A DNA stretch of 64,000 nt from Candidatus Marinacidobacterales bacterium (GCA_965224085.1 CBDCYI010000011.1:1216001-1280000), one strand, 5' to 3'. Positions 42,910 to 54,789 are shown, counted from the first letter of the stretch. Numbers and translations: made by a program. Notes: generated by a model from the sequence alone, not told the origin.

Positions 42910-43064
42910 AAGGTGTCGCGAGCTCCGTCCGGAGCGAGCTTGCCTCCCGGGGCTCGTGGCCAGTCTTCCATCACGTCGGCTCGACGCGTCGTCGAGGGCC
43001 ATGTGCACGACAAAGGGGCCCGCACTCGCCAGTGCCGGCCCCTTTCTTCGTAAGCGGACTCGCC

Positions 43065-43469
43065 CTAGCCCTTGAAGCTCTCGCGCAGCGCGCCCAGACC
43101 GGCGGCGTAGACATCCTTGATCATCGAGACCGTGTCCTCGGCCGGCCCGGCGGACACGTCGAAGCTCGAGGTCCACTCCACAGCGCAGCCGCCATCGGCT
43201 TCGACAACCTTGATCGTGGAGCGGTAGTCCTCGACCGGAAGGGGGCTTTCGACGATCCGGTAGCTGTAGGAGCGATTGGCGTCGTCGATATTGTCGATCG
43301 CCTCGTCGATCTGGGCCCCGTTGGCCAGGGTGCACTGGCGGGCCTTGCCGTCGAGCGAGCTCTTGGCGATGGCGGGGTGCCAGGAACTGATCGCGGCGGG
43401 GTCGCCGATCTTGGACCAGACGTCGTCGGCGGATGCGGAAAGGTGGGTGAGAACTGTGACGGTATGCAT
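43065..43469 (-). other. SRPBCC/polyketide-cyclase-family protein
   Basis: ASADDVWSKIGD, WHPAI, YSYRIVESPLPV. Confidence 0.85.
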
Positions 43470-43588
43470 TGTGGCCTCCTCATGGCTTGGGTTTGTTTTC
43501 ATGGTGGACCCAGGCTACAGAAGATCCCGAATGCCTACATCGGGAAGTTCCCCTATAACGGCGAAAATAGGGGAGTTCCCCGATGCCC

Positions 43589-45130
43589 TTACTTGATGCA
43601 GAGACCGTACTCGACCGCAAAGATCGCCGCGCCGGGCCGATTGCGAGTGCCGATCTTGTCGTAGATGTGACCGACGTGGTGCTCCACCGTCTTGGCGGAG
43701 ATGAACAGTTTGTCCGCGACCTCTTTGTTGGACAGGCCCTGGGCCATCAAGCAGATAACCTCGGCCTCCCGCTTGGTGAGTTCGGCCGGCAAGCTCTTGT
43801 TGCTCGCTCTTCGACCGCTCACCGCGTCCAGTACCGCTCTCACCGCCATCCTGTTGAGCCGGCCCGACTCCGCCATGGCGAGAAGCTCCTCGGAAGCCTT
43901 CTCCGGAACGAGGGCGTTCCGGTGCGGTCGGTCCTCGAGCATCGCGTGGTAGCAGTCGGCGGCCGCTACGATCGCACATTGCAGATCGGGGTTTTCCACC
44001 TGACGGTGATAGCCGGAACCATCGGCCCGCTCGTGGTTCGACGAGGCCAGCTTGGCATAGCGGGCCAGGGCCGGTGACATCTTGAGGATGCTGTCGGTCA
44101 AAAACGTGTGCTGCTCGACTTTGGCCCACTCGGAGAGGGTGAGCTCGCCGGGTTTGTCCCAGATCCCGGCCGGGACACCGACCCGCCCGAGATCGTGGAG
44201 ATAGCCGGCGATCAAAAGCTCCTCGCATTGGTTCTTGTCGAGGTCGGCGGCCGCGCCGGCCCTTGCCGCCAGCTCCGCCACTCCGGCAGAGTGGCCGAGC
44301 GTGTAGACCGAGCGGTGATCGACATTGTGAGCGCAGGCCTTGGCCGCGTCGACCAGCTTATCGGCATCCGTGCGCCAGTCTCCGGGCGCCTCGTCCAGGA
44401 ACGCATCGAGGAGCGTCGCCGACCCGAATCCCTCGAGGAGCTCGTTACGACCGGTGTTGATCGCGTCGCAGAGCTCCGGATCGAAGTGACCGCCCTTGCG
44501 GTCGATGATGAGCCCGAAGGCGGCATCCGCTCCCATGCTCCGTCGCAGGAGCTCGAACGTCGTCGTGATGTGACCCGGGCCGGCAGGCAGATGTTCTCTC
44601 CGACCACACCAACCGGAGCACCACCGCCATCCCAACGTTCGTTGACTTGCGCCATGGCCTCGACGACCACGGGTGGCATACCCACGTCCGTGGCCAACTT
44701 GGCACCCAGCTCACAGTGGGGCCGGGTCAACGACTTGACCATCTCGGGATCGCCGGAAGCCTCACCGATCGCCTGGAAAGGGGCTTGTCGGTCCTCACTA
44801 GGCGCGTCGGTGGCCATGGTCTCGTCGAGACGAGCGAAGACATCCTCGACGTTGACGAGGTCACTCATCCAGGCCCCGCTAAAAGCCCTCGGGGTCTCCG
44901 AGGGAAGGGCCCCGTACCTCGGTTAAGCCAACCGAACAACCGATGAAGCGCAGCAGGCTCGCGTAGAACAGCTCGGCACACTGGTCCTCGCGCAGCTTCA
45001 GGCGCTTGCCGAGCCGACCCGCAAACAACGCCGCTCCGATGCCGGTCTCCGCAGGCGCTCCAATTCCGAGGTTGGCGGCAACGGAGATCGCCCCAAGGAC
45101 CTCGGAGAACTTGATCGTGGCGTCAGACAT
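43589..45130 (-). pseudogene. HD-GYP plus LuxR-HTH regulator with several frameshifts
   Basis: LLRFIGC, ERWDG, HDLGRVGV, HERADGSGY, LTKREAEV...ISAKTVEHHV spread over several frames. Confidence 0.85.
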
Positions 45131-45493
45131 ACCCGAAGTCGTAAGCGACAGGAAACTCCATCGTCTATAGTGAAGCGCGTCGCGCCAATTTTTGTCGGCT
45201 AGCGTGCGGGCGAAGCCGGTTTGGCGAGGCTGGGCGAGGATATCAGAGTGATGGTGTCCCCGGAAAGCCGGCTCACACCGCCTCAAAGAGAGGGGGAGGG
45301 ATCGATGTCCACCCCAGTTGACTCCTCCTGGCTCCTTACCTAGGAGCCGGTCACGTTTCAACTCACCCGGAACACCATTACTTCACTTACGTTCGTCATC
45401 ACGTAGGAATCCACGTTGCAGAGCGATGCGCGCGCGCTCCCCGTGTCGTCCCTAATTCGAATAGCTGGCCCTACTGAATTGCGGGGAACGGAA

Positions 45494-46012
45494 TCAGCCG
45501 TCCGCGCGTTCGGCCTGCTCGATGATCTCCACGAGCAGGCTCGGTCGGATGTGGAGGGTCGACACCTTCGGCAAGGATCTCAGAATGGCGATCACCGTCG
45601 GACGCTCGCGCTGACCACGACGAATCGAACGCAGCAGTACGCCCAGTGTTCCGTGCGCACGATAGCCGAGGGACTTCGCCGCAATCCGCGCGGCGGCGTC
45701 GTCTGTAAGCAGGAGGGCATCGGGGCGTTGCTCCATGCAGCTCAAGGCAGCCTCTTCCCCGCGGTCTAAGCTCAGGGTCCGCACGACAGAACGGAAGAAC
45801 GGGCTCGTTGAGGTGGCAACCTTCAAACGCTGAACCTCGATCGCGGGGTTGGTGAGCGCCGTCGGCCTGTGGGCTTCCACCTCCTGGCACACGACGTCCG
45901 GAACCCAGAGCGCAACGAAGTCGGCGAGAAGATCCACGCAACCGAGCTCGTCGACGTGGATGAGCGGCCCGGCGTCACAGACAACCTCGAGAGCGTCGTC
46001 AGTCGGTGCCAT
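45494..46012 (-). CDS. PIN-domain (DUF3368-like) toxin
   Basis: VVCDAGPLI, LDRGEEAAL, LTDDAAAR, GTLGVL. Confidence 0.82.
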   Translation of the reverse strand: MAPTDDALEVVCDAGPLIHVDELGCVDLLADFVALWVPDVVCQEVEAHRPTALTNPAIEVQRLKVATSTSPFFRSVVRTLSLDRGEEAALSCMEQRPDALLLTDDAAARIAAKSLGYRAHGTLGVLLRSIRRGQRERPTVIAILRSLPKVSTLHIRPSLLVEIIEQAERADG

Positions 46013-46205
46013 GGAGACCCCATTCCACGTCCTCGCGGATGAGATCCTGCATCAGATCACCTCGATGCGAATCGAGGAAGCGACGCAACGCATCAAGGAC
46101 CAACTCGTCCGTGCTTCGAAACCACCCGGCGTCGACCATGGACTGCATCTCTCGCATCACGCTTTCCGGGAGGTCCGCCTGAAGAGTACGATTCTGGTCT
46201 GCCAT
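45999..46205 (-). CDS. Ribbon-helix-helix antitoxin
   Basis: 68 aa; LVLDALRRFL; overlaps the PIN gene. Confidence 0.75.
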   Translation of the reverse strand: MADQNRTLQADLPESVMREMQSMVDAGWFRSTDELVLDALRRFLDSHRGDLMQDLIREDVEWGLHGTD

Positions 46206-46341
46206 GTCTGATCCCCGTTACCCATAGTAGTTTACCGTACTGGATCGGTGCGTTGCAGCTTAAGCAAGTCGAGGAACCTTCACAAATGTGGATTAGCTTC
46301 TACACGAGGAAAGCCGCGATGAATGGCGACGACGAGCCTAG

Positions 46342-48343
46342 CCCATGTTTACCCTTTATGGGCACCCTAACGCTCGTAAGTGACTGAATTCAAAGGAACG
46401 GGGGTTGAATTTGCCCAAAACGTAGAGACAGATATTGTGCTTTGAGCGCCATTAATACGTTGTAATCGTGGACAATGATATGTAGTATGCGTGAGGACAG
46501 GTTATGTTCTTCCGCATCGTTCGGGCCGCAGGCGGCAAAGGGGTTCAACATGAGTATGTCCGCCTGGTCGAGTCGTATCGGGAGCACGGCAAGCCGAAGC
46601 AACGCGTAGTGTGCAACTTGGGGCGCAAGGATCTCCTAGTTGCCAATCTCGACTCCCTCAATCGGTTGCTTGGGGCCGGTGAACCGGCCGACACCGAGCG
46701 AGCAGCCGAGCAGATCGCGGGGGCAGACGCGTGGGATTGGGGTCCGATGGTGGTGACGGCGACGCTGTGGCGCGAGCTCGGACTGGAGCAGATTCTCGAC
46801 CGGCTCGGAGGCCGCGGCAAGCGCGACGGAGTGGCGCTAAGCGAGCGAGCTTTGGTGCTGGTCGCCAACCGGCTATGTGCTCCGTCAAGCGAGCACGGTC
46901 TGGCGCGCTGGCTCGAGACCGACTTCGTCTGCGACCGGCAGGGGCGGCGGTGGGTGCCGCAGTGGCGCGATGATGGGGAGCGGCGAGCGAGTCGCTCCCC
47001 GCGGGTTCGCGTGGAGTTTTGCCAACTCAAGCAATGGTACCGAACGCTCGACCAGCTGCATGCCCGCAAAGAACAGATCGAGAAAGAGCTGTTTTTGCGC
47101 TTGCGGGATCTGTTTTCGCTTGAGGTTGACATGGTGTTTTACGACCTGACGTCGACGTACTTCGAAGGTCAAGGCCCTCCGGGGCTCGGCGCCCACGGCT
47201 ACAGTCGCGACCGCAGACCGCGTAACCGGCAAGTGCTTGTCGGTCTGGTGATGGTGGACGGTTGGCCGATCGCCCACCATGTTTTCGCCGGCAACTGGCG
47301 TGACGCGAAAACGGTGCCGCAGGTGCTCAACGATCTCAACGAACGATTCGGTTTGCACCGCGTGGTTTTTGTCGGCGACCGAGGGATGGTAACGAGCGAC
47401 AGCCTGGCGGTGGTGCGCTCGCGCAAGCAGGGCTATCTCGTCGGGCTGCAAAGACGACGGCGCGAGGAGGTCTATCGTTACATCGAGCGCGCCAGCGGAG
47501 AGTGGATCGACTGCCCTGGTGGCATCACGGTGAGCGAAAAAGCCGAGCCACCTAAGACTCGTGTGCAAGAAGTCCGCTCCGAGCAGTCTGGCGTGCGCAT
47601 CTTCGTCGTTCACAGCGACGAAAGGCTCGCCTACGAGCGCGGGCAGAGGCTGCGGGCCATGGGACGTGCCCGTGCGGCATTCGAGGCCCTTGAGCGCCGC
47701 GTGCGCGAGGGACGATTGAAAGCCCCCGAGAAAATCGGTGCCGCCGCCGCGCGCATACAGGCACGCCACCACGGTCACCGTTACTACGACTGGGAGTACA
47801 AAAACGCTCGCTTCCGCTTCTTCGAGCACCCGGACAACCTCAAGCGCGAGCAAGCCTACGAGGGTAAGTACGTTATTCAAACCGAGGAGCAAAACCTCTC
47901 TCCGGTCGACGCCGTGCGCCTTTACAAGGACCTAAACGAGGTCGAGCGAGCCTTCTCATGCCTTAAGGATGTCATTGAGATGCGTCCCGTTTACCACCAG
48001 ACCGATGAGCGTGTGGAGGCACATCTTTTCGTAGCTACGCTGGCCTTCCTTGTGCATCGGGCTCTTGAGAAAAAGCTCAAGGTCGCCGAACTCGACCTGT
48101 CCGCAACCGAGGCACTACAAGCGCTACGCTCGGTCCGGCTCGTCGACTTACAGCTGGGTTCTGGGCGGACCAAGCGCGTCGTCACGCGCGGCACCGCTCG
48201 CGCCAACTCGATCCTGACTGCACTCGGAATCGTTGAACGCGACCCGCCAGCCTTCTCCGAGGAGGTGCTGTCAGCGTAGAGACAAACCGCGGATCTCAGT
48301 CCTTTGTTTATGATGACTTAGAGACCTAAAAGGGAAACATGGG
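46342..48343 (+). mobile_element. IS1634-family insertion sequence
   Basis: TIRs cccatgtttacccttt / aaagggaaacatggg, each flanked by CTAG. Confidence 0.88.
46504..48279 (+). CDS. IS1634-family transposase
   Basis: YVRLVESYR, FYDLTSTYFEG, GYSRD, VGDRGM, VERAFSCLK, RPVYH. Confidence 0.93.
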   Translation: MFFRIVRAAGGKGVQHEYVRLVESYREHGKPKQRVVCNLGRKDLLVANLDSLNRLLGAGEPADTERAAEQIAGADAWDWGPMVVTATLWRELGLEQILDRLGGRGKRDGVALSERALVLVANRLCAPSSEHGLARWLETDFVCDRQGRRWVPQWRDDGERRASRSPRVRVEFCQLKQWYRTLDQLHARKEQIEKELFLRLRDLFSLEVDMVFYDLTSTYFEGQGPPGLGAHGYSRDRRPRNRQVLVGLVMVDGWPIAHHVFAGNWRDAKTVPQVLNDLNERFGLHRVVFVGDRGMVTSDSLAVVRSRKQGYLVGLQRRRREEVYRYIERASGEWIDCPGGITVSEKAEPPKTRVQEVRSEQSGVRIFVVHSDERLAYERGQRLRAMGRARAAFEALERRVREGRLKAPEKIGAAAARIQARHHGHRYYDWEYKNARFRFFEHPDNLKREQAYEGKYVIQTEEQNLSPVDAVRLYKDLNEVERAFSCLKDVIEMRPVYHQTDERVEAHLFVATLAFLVHRALEKKLKVAELDLSATEALQALRSVRLVDLQLGSGRTKRVVTRGTARANSILTALGIVERDPPAFSEEVLSA

Positions 48344-48551
48344 CTAGCTGCTAGCTACGGCGAGGTCGCCGACTCGTAACACGATGAACGGTCTACGCGA
48401 ATGTGAATGCCGTGGCGGGGCTCGGCATTCAGGGCCAGTTCATCTACATTAATCTAATGATCAAAGAGCGAAGTCGCCAGTCCAAGCCCTGGGCGCTCGA
48501 GGACCTCCTGCTGCCGGCCCCGTTTGCCGCCGTCGGCGATTGGATCCTCTG

Positions 48552-51104
48552 TCAGCTCAGTGTCTGGGCGATACGCTCAACCGTCTCAGCGAGCGACTCG
48601 AGACGCGTTCGGTCCCGTCCGCTGGCCGACGCGCTCTCGCTCGAAAGCTCGGTCGCGATGGCCTCGAGCTTCCGGGCGGTTTCTGCGTCCTTCGACGCGC
48701 TCGTAAGCAGCTCGTCCGCACGGTCGAGAGCGGCCGTCAGCGCGTGGGAACGCGCCGCCGCGATGGCCTGACCGCGCTCGAGCTGATCCAGGTAGGCGCG
48801 CGCCACGGCCGGGTGGGCGGGCCAGTCGATGCGGCGCTGCTGCTGAGCGTTGAACACTTCCGGCGACACGAGCGCCGCGGCGTCGATCTCGTTCTGGGTG
48901 ACGTGCTCGCTCGGCAGCAGCTCGAGAACGTCGAGGCCACGCGAAATCTCGGTGCCGTAGATGAAGCCGTCGTACCAATACGCGGACCAGTAGCCACCCA
49001 TCACGAGCGCGTTGGGGTCGATCGGTCCGCGGTCGAAGAAGGCGATCTCGACCGGTCTCTCGGAGTCCGTGAAATCGAACACGGAGATCCCGCCCTGATA
49101 CCAAGCCTGGACCATGATGTCGCGCCCGGGAACGGGGATGAGAGAACCGTTGTGCGCGACGCAGTTCTCCTCCTTCGATTGTGGGGCCGGCAACTTGTAG
49201 TAGTTGCGGAACTGGAGCTTCCCGTCGACGATGTCGAAGATCGCATTCGCGCCCCAATTGTCGGGATCGAAGGCTCGGCATCGCGGACGTCCTCCTCCGC
49301 CCCACTCGTCCGTGAAGACGACCTTCGTCCCGTCGTTGTTGAACGTGGCAGAGTGCCAGTAGGCGAAGGCCGGGTCGACGACCTGGTCCAGACGGACGGG
49401 ATTCGCGGGATCGGAGATGTCGAGGAGGATGCCGTTTCCGGAGCAAGCGCCCGCGGCCAGACCCAGCTCGGGATACACGGTGATGTCGTGGCACTGGTTG
49501 GTCTGGCGGGATCGCTGTGTCTCCGGACCGTGATCCCCGCCCTTCCAAAGGCCGGCAATCGCGCCACTCTCGGGGTCGGCGAAGATTCGGGGCCGGCTGA
49601 CGACGCGCGCCTCCTCCGGCCGGTCTATGGGAACGCGGATGACGTCGATGCTGAAGAGTGCCGTGTTCGGGTCCTGATCGGCGTCGGTGCAGCCCTCGAG
49701 CTCTTCCTTCGGGCGGACCGAGCTCGTGCCCGAGTTGTAGACGTAGATGTTTCCCTCGTCGTCGGGGTCGCTCACCAGGGTGTGGGTGTGCGAGCCGCGG
49801 CAAGTCTGCACCGCGGCGACCTGCCTCGGCAATCGCAGGTTGCTGATGTCGAAGATGCGTACGCCGCGAAAGCGCTGCTCGCTCACCGGCTCCGCCACGC
49901 CCTGCGTCCCGCAGTCGAGCCGCGCACGCGTCTCCTGCACCGACATGAAAAGGAGATTTCCGTAGATGGAGACGTCGCCCTGACCGCCGGGACAGACAAT
50001 TGAAGCCAGGAGCTGCGGGGAGAGCGGATCCTCCACGTTGTACGCGTTGAACCCGTGATAGTTGCCCTCGATCACGACGCCCCTGGCGAAGGCCAGATCG
50101 GTGTTCGCGAAGTTGAGAATCCCGGGTCGAATCGAATCCTCCTCGTCCTCTTCGATTTCCGCTGGCATTTCTTCGCTCGTCTGCTCTGCTGCGCCCTCGG
50201 CCTCGGCGGCTTGCTCTGCCTGCTCCTGATTCTGTTCCTGGTTACGTTCCCGTTCACGCTCCTCTCTCCGCGCCCGGGCGCGCCTCTCCTCCTCGCTCTC
50301 TCTGGGGCGGCCCGCGGGAGCCTCGGGATCGTAGAAGCCGTCGGGCTTGGGGAGGGTGGCGACCAGCTCCAGATTCAGCACTGCGTCGCGGGCGCTGCGA
50401 AACCCGGCGGCGAGAGTCGCACGCGGATCGGGCGAGAATCCGGCGAGCATGGCATCCATCCGGTCGATCTCCATGGTCTGATCGGCCGTGATGTCGGACG
50501 TGAAAGCAAAGAGCTGGGAATCTTGCGCCGCGCCTCGCTCCGAGAGCAGCTCCTCCACCATGTCGAGCGCACCCTGGTGGTGCTTGATCATGTACCGCAG
50601 GAAAAGATCATCGAACTCCTCCCCGCGCGCCATCTCGAGTTCATTCAACTCCTCGGGCGTCAACATGCCGGGCATCAAGGTCGCGCCGTGGGCATGATGG
50701 GCATCTACGCTCGTCACCTCCAAGCTCCGCTCGCGAAGCCACTCTTGCATCATCCGGATCTCGTCTTCTTGGGAAAGCTCGATCCGCTTGCCGAGCTGTT
50801 GCATGGCCTCGCTGTTGCTCCGCGACGCGAGAAGCTCGGTCATCTCGAGAGCCTGGGCGTGATGGGAGATCATTCCCTGCATGAAGCGCACGTCGGCTTC
50901 GCTGAATTGCAGGCCGGCGAGGTTCGAGGCCTCTTCGGCGGAGATATTGCGACTCGGATCGCCGGGAGCGCCCGGCTGGACGATCGGCGGCTGTTCCTGA
51001 GCCTGGCTCTCCACCGCTCCGATCGGCAAGAGCGCCAAGATCAAATTGATGACGATGGCGGCCGGCGCCGCGAGCCGCCGGACAAAGGGTTCCTCGAGAC
51101 TCAT
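48552..51104 (-). CDS. Secreted DUF305 plus LVIVD-repeat protein
   Basis: DVRFMQGMISHHAQALEM and MIKHHQGA (DUF305); CPGGQGDVS, CRGSHTH, CHDITV, YWHSATF, CVAHNGS. Confidence 0.88.
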   Translation of the reverse strand: MSLEEPFVRRLAAPAAIVINLILALLPIGAVESQAQEQPPIVQPGAPGDPSRNISAEEASNLAGLQFSEADVRFMQGMISHHAQALEMTELLASRSNSEAMQQLGKRIELSQEDEIRMMQEWLRERSLEVTSVDAHHAHGATLMPGMLTPEELNELEMARGEEFDDLFLRYMIKHHQGALDMVEELLSERGAAQDSQLFAFTSDITADQTMEIDRMDAMLAGFSPDPRATLAAGFRSARDAVLNLELVATLPKPDGFYDPEAPAGRPRESEEERRARARREERERERNQEQNQEQAEQAAEAEGAAEQTSEEMPAEIEEDEEDSIRPGILNFANTDLAFARGVVIEGNYHGFNAYNVEDPLSPQLLASIVCPGGQGDVSIYGNLLFMSVQETRARLDCGTQGVAEPVSEQRFRGVRIFDISNLRLPRQVAAVQTCRGSHTHTLVSDPDDEGNIYVYNSGTSSVRPKEELEGCTDADQDPNTALFSIDVIRVPIDRPEEARVVSRPRIFADPESGAIAGLWKGGDHGPETQRSRQTNQCHDITVYPELGLAAGACSGNGILLDISDPANPVRLDQVVDPAFAYWHSATFNNDGTKVVFTDEWGGGGRPRCRAFDPDNWGANAIFDIVDGKLQFRNYYKLPAPQSKEENCVAHNGSLIPVPGRDIMVQAWYQGGISVFDFTDSERPVEIAFFDRGPIDPNALVMGGYWSAYWYDGFIYGTEISRGLDVLELLPSEHVTQNEIDAAALVSPEVFNAQQQRRIDWPAHPAVARAYLDQLERGQAIAAARSHALTAALDRADELLTSASKDAETARKLEAIATELSSESASASGRDRTRLESLAETVERIAQTLS

Positions 51105-51524
51105 TCTGTGACCTCCGATCGATTCCCGCCCCAACGTTTTCGCGCCGTATTCTAATCCACGCCGCGAATCCACGCACCCCAACCGCCGCGATGGACGCCG
51201 TGTCTCTTCGACGAAGCCGTCGCCCCAATCAATCCGCCCGCAAGGCGCGACTGGCTTCCAGGCTCGATGCTCGTCCAGCCGGGACGAGTGAGGTGATGAA
51301 GGCGTTTAAGGGAATGTCAGCGCTGCCTTCATCACGGAGCTCCTCCGGCGCACGACGTAGTTTCATCTCGAGCGAGATGGCGACGGGCGCCTGTCGTCCG
51401 ACGATATCGCGAGCGCGATCGACGAGATGCTCGTGAGCCAAAGCCGTCAGTTTCACCCGTAGCGGACCGGCGAGATTGTTGCCTGGCCGCAGAGCGTAGA
51501 AGTATGCTGCGGCCCGTCATCGCC

Positions 51525-53218
51525 ATGCAATCCCTCGCTGCTCAGCTCGCCCACTTCCTGCAAAAGGACACCAGTCGCCAGAACCTCCGTACATTGGCAC
51601 GGCTGCTGGTCGTGCTGGCCATCCATCGTCGCGGTCTACAGCTTTGTCTTCCACCTGCTCATGCTGCGAGAGGGACGCGAGCACAGCTGGTTCACCGGGA
51701 TTTACTGGACCCTGACCACCATGTCGACACTGGGCTTCGGAGACATAACGTTCAGCTCGGATCTGGGACGCGTGTTCTCGATGTGTGTGCTGCTGACCGG
51801 AACGGTCTACATGCTGATCCTGCTGCCGTTCTCGTTCATCCGGTTTTTCTACGCCCCGTGGATGGAGGCCCATGCCGAGTCGCGTGCGCTGCGCCACGTG
51901 CCCGCCCGCACCAGCGGCCACGTGGTGTTGACCAACCACGATGCCGTGACCAGCACGCTGATCAACAAGCTGACCCAGTACGGTTACCCCTACGTTCTGC
52001 TCGTCCCGAACCTCAGCGAAGCCCTGCGCCTGCATGATTCGGGCTTCAAGGTCGTCATGGGTGATCTCGACAATCCCGACGTCTATCGGAAGCTGCAGGT
52101 GGAGAACGCAGCGATGGTGGCGACGACCGGCACCGACCCCGTCAACACCCACGTGGCCTTCACCGTGCGCGAGCTGACCACAAACGTGCCGATCATCGCC
52201 ACCGCGGACGACCCCGCATCGGTCGACATCCTCGAGCCGGCCGGCTGCACCCTCGTGCTCGAGATACCCAAGATGATGGGGCAGGCGTTGGCGCGGCGTT
52301 TGCACGGAGGGGATGCCAGGGCGCACGTGATCGGCCGCTACGGTGAACTGCTGATCGCCGAGACCACCGCGACCGGCACCCCGATGGTCGGCAAGACCCT
52401 GATGGAGATCGGGCTGCGCCGCGAGCTGGGGCTGACCGTCGTTGCCGTTTGGGAGCGCGGCGAGTTCAAGACAGCGCTGCCGAAGACGACCGTCAGCGCG
52501 AACACCGTCCTGGTGTTGGCCGGCACCCACGAACAGCTGGAACGGTTCAACGAGAAGTACCGCGTTTACAAGTTCTCAAAGGCGCCGACGGTGATCATCG
52601 GCGGAGGCCGCGTCGGCCGCGCAACGGCCCGTGCGCTGGCCGAGCGGGGCCTCGATTCCCGCATCGTCGAGCAGAATCCGGAGCTGGCCCGCGAGTCGGA
52701 CAAGTTCGTGGTGGGGAGCGCCGCCGAGCTTACGGTTCTTCAGGAGGCGGGCATCGAGCAAGCCCCTGCGGCGATCGTCACCACCCACGACGACGACATG
52801 AACGTCTACCTGACCATCTAGTGTCGTCGCCTGCGGCCCGATATCCAGATCATCAGCCGGGTCGCGCTCGAGCGCAACATCCCCAGCCTGCACCGAGCCG
52901 GCGCCGACTTCGTGATGTCCTACGCGTCGATGGGAGCCAACGCCGCCTTCAACTAAGCACGGCAACACGCTGATGATCGCGGAGGGCCTCGACGTGTTCA
53001 AGGTCAGGATGCCCGCCGCGCTGGCCGGTAAGACGATCGCCGAATCCGGCATTCGCCGCAAGACGCGATGCACGGTCATCGCCGCAGAGCGCAACGGAAA
53101 GACGCAGCTCAATCCGGACCCGACGCAGCCGCTACCCGCCGACGGCGAATTGATCCTCATCGGCAGCGCCAAAGGCGAACGCCGCTTCCTCGAGACGTTT
53201 GTGAGAGAGCGGGCGTGA
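51525..53218 (+). pseudogene. TrkA-domain potassium channel protein
   Basis: TMSTLGFGD filter; TrkA-N/C repeats; frameshift near 51620, stops at 52819 and about 52954. Confidence 0.85.
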
Positions 53219-53515
53219 CGCGTGTAACTTCTCGTCGGACCGCTCGTAGCAGATGTCGAGATTCGCGGTGACAAATAGCGTCGTATTGCATCACCGGGCT
53301 CAGAACGATCACGAGCGTTGCCGAAGCGATCGAGGCGGGACGGATCGAGTGCGGCATCGATTCACTGTCTCCGGGGATTGCGGCACCTCGTGGCCTAGGC
53401 TACTCCCAGCGTAGTAGAGCGTGTAGGGGATGGACGCTTGACGCTTCGCCGCGCCGGGAGGTAGCTAGCGAGCAACGAGACCGCGGCAAGAAACATCGCA
53501 ACAACGCCGTACGTA

Positions 53516-53594
53516 TTCCTCGAAACTCATTTCGTGACGTCCGATCGATTCCCGCCCAATATTTTCGAGCCGTATTCTAATCCGCGCCGCGAAT
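53516..53594 (-). repeat. Diverged copy of the 5' region of the DUF305 gene (51090-51169)
   Basis: About 71/80 identical by manual alignment. Confidence 0.85.
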
Positions 53595-53970
53595 TGCATG
53601 CACGTAGCCTCCGTTTCCCCGCGCATTGGAGAAATACCCGAGGGGACGTAGCGCACGTAGGTCCCTCCCTCGATCACGACGCGCGGCTCGCCGGACTCGA
53701 AGGAAAGCGCGGCGATCTTGGCGTCGTCGAAGCTCGTGATTCGATCATCGGCTGCGATTGCGCGCCCCGGTGTCCGGTGGGTGAGAGTTTGCACGTCACC
53801 GCCGTCGGCCTCGCGGGGTCGACGGCAGAACGTTGGCATTTCGCTTAGGCAAATGCAGGTAAGCGCTCGTCGCTGGTGTCACAAGCGGCGATGCTGGATC
53901 TAAAGAGAGTGTTTTCGCAGCTCGATAGAGCCCGAGCCGTGAAGATTGGGCTGGTTCTCCGCAAAACGCG

Positions 53971-54008
53971 AAAAGTCCGATCCCCTCTAGTGAGGTGATC
54001 GGGCTTTT
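53971..54008. terminator. Probable bidirectional intrinsic terminator
   Basis: aaaagtccgatcccctc-tagt-gaggtgatcgggctttt long stem with A/T tails. Confidence 0.7.
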
Positions 54009-54057
54009 GAACATAATTCCCGAGTTGTTGCCTCTCCGCGTTCCCGAAGGGATCCCA

Positions 54058-54400
54058 TCACTCTGCTGCAAAGCAGTAGAAAAGCCCGTTACCCCCTGTC
54101 CCGACCAGATCCTCCTGGCTGCAACCCCGCGACGGATGCGCCATATTCCATGGGCTACCGGGCGTCGTACGTCGAAAGCGATCGTGGTGCCCGACCATGG
54201 CACTACCCTCGCCGGACATGGTCCTGACGGTCGTCGTGGCTACGGCGCGATGAACCCCGATAAGGGAATCCCTAACTTGGGCCACCCTGGCAATCGTAAC
54301 CGGTCGAGCCGCTGCCCCAGCGGATTCCTTCGGCCGCGTCCGACGTGGGCACGAGTTTCAGCGCGTCCATTCTCGTCCGGCGGGGTGGGGGAGTCGATCG
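54058..54400 (-). pseudogene. C-terminal fragment of a lectin-like secreted protein
   Basis: AMVGHHDR...WNMAHPSRGCSQEDLVGTGGNGLFYCFAAE. Confidence 0.55.
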
Positions 54401-54513
54401 TGTAGGCCTCCGTCACGTCGGGCTCGGTGTAGATCGCTTGGACCTCTTCGTAGCCTGCGACGCCGATGCGGATCGCAGCCGGCATGGCTTCGATGCCGCA
54501 GCGCAGAAGGATA

Positions 54514-54789
54514 TCAGCCGCGCCGAGCTTGGAGCCGAATGTACTCCCTCAAGGCTTCGTTGATGCGAGTCTGGTATTTGTCTCCACGAGCCTTGAACCA
54601 AGCAATGACGTCTTTGTCCAAACGTAGTGTGATTTGTTGCTTCACCGGCCGGTAGAACTTTCCGCGCTCACGGACCATGAACTCCTCGATCTCCGGGGCG
54701 TCGGGATCGCCAAGATCGATCGGTCGGTCTTTCAGCTTCTTCAGCTCCGCCCGCCCTTCTTCATCGAGATAGATAGAATCGTCTTTCAC
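54514..54789 (-). CDS. brnA: BrnA antitoxin
   Basis: FYRPVKQQITLRLDKDVIAWFK...YQTRINEALR. Confidence 0.9.
   Translation of the reverse strand: MKDDSIYLDEEGRAELKKLKDRPIDLGDPDAPEIEEFMVRERGKFYRPVKQQITLRLDKDVIAWFKARGDKYQTRINEALREYIRLQARRG

Noticed and set aside
52819-52956. Stop-codon recoding in the TrkA channel gene
   Set aside because: The stops are TAG and TAA at probable Tyr positions and frameshifts are also present, so ordinary decay explains them.
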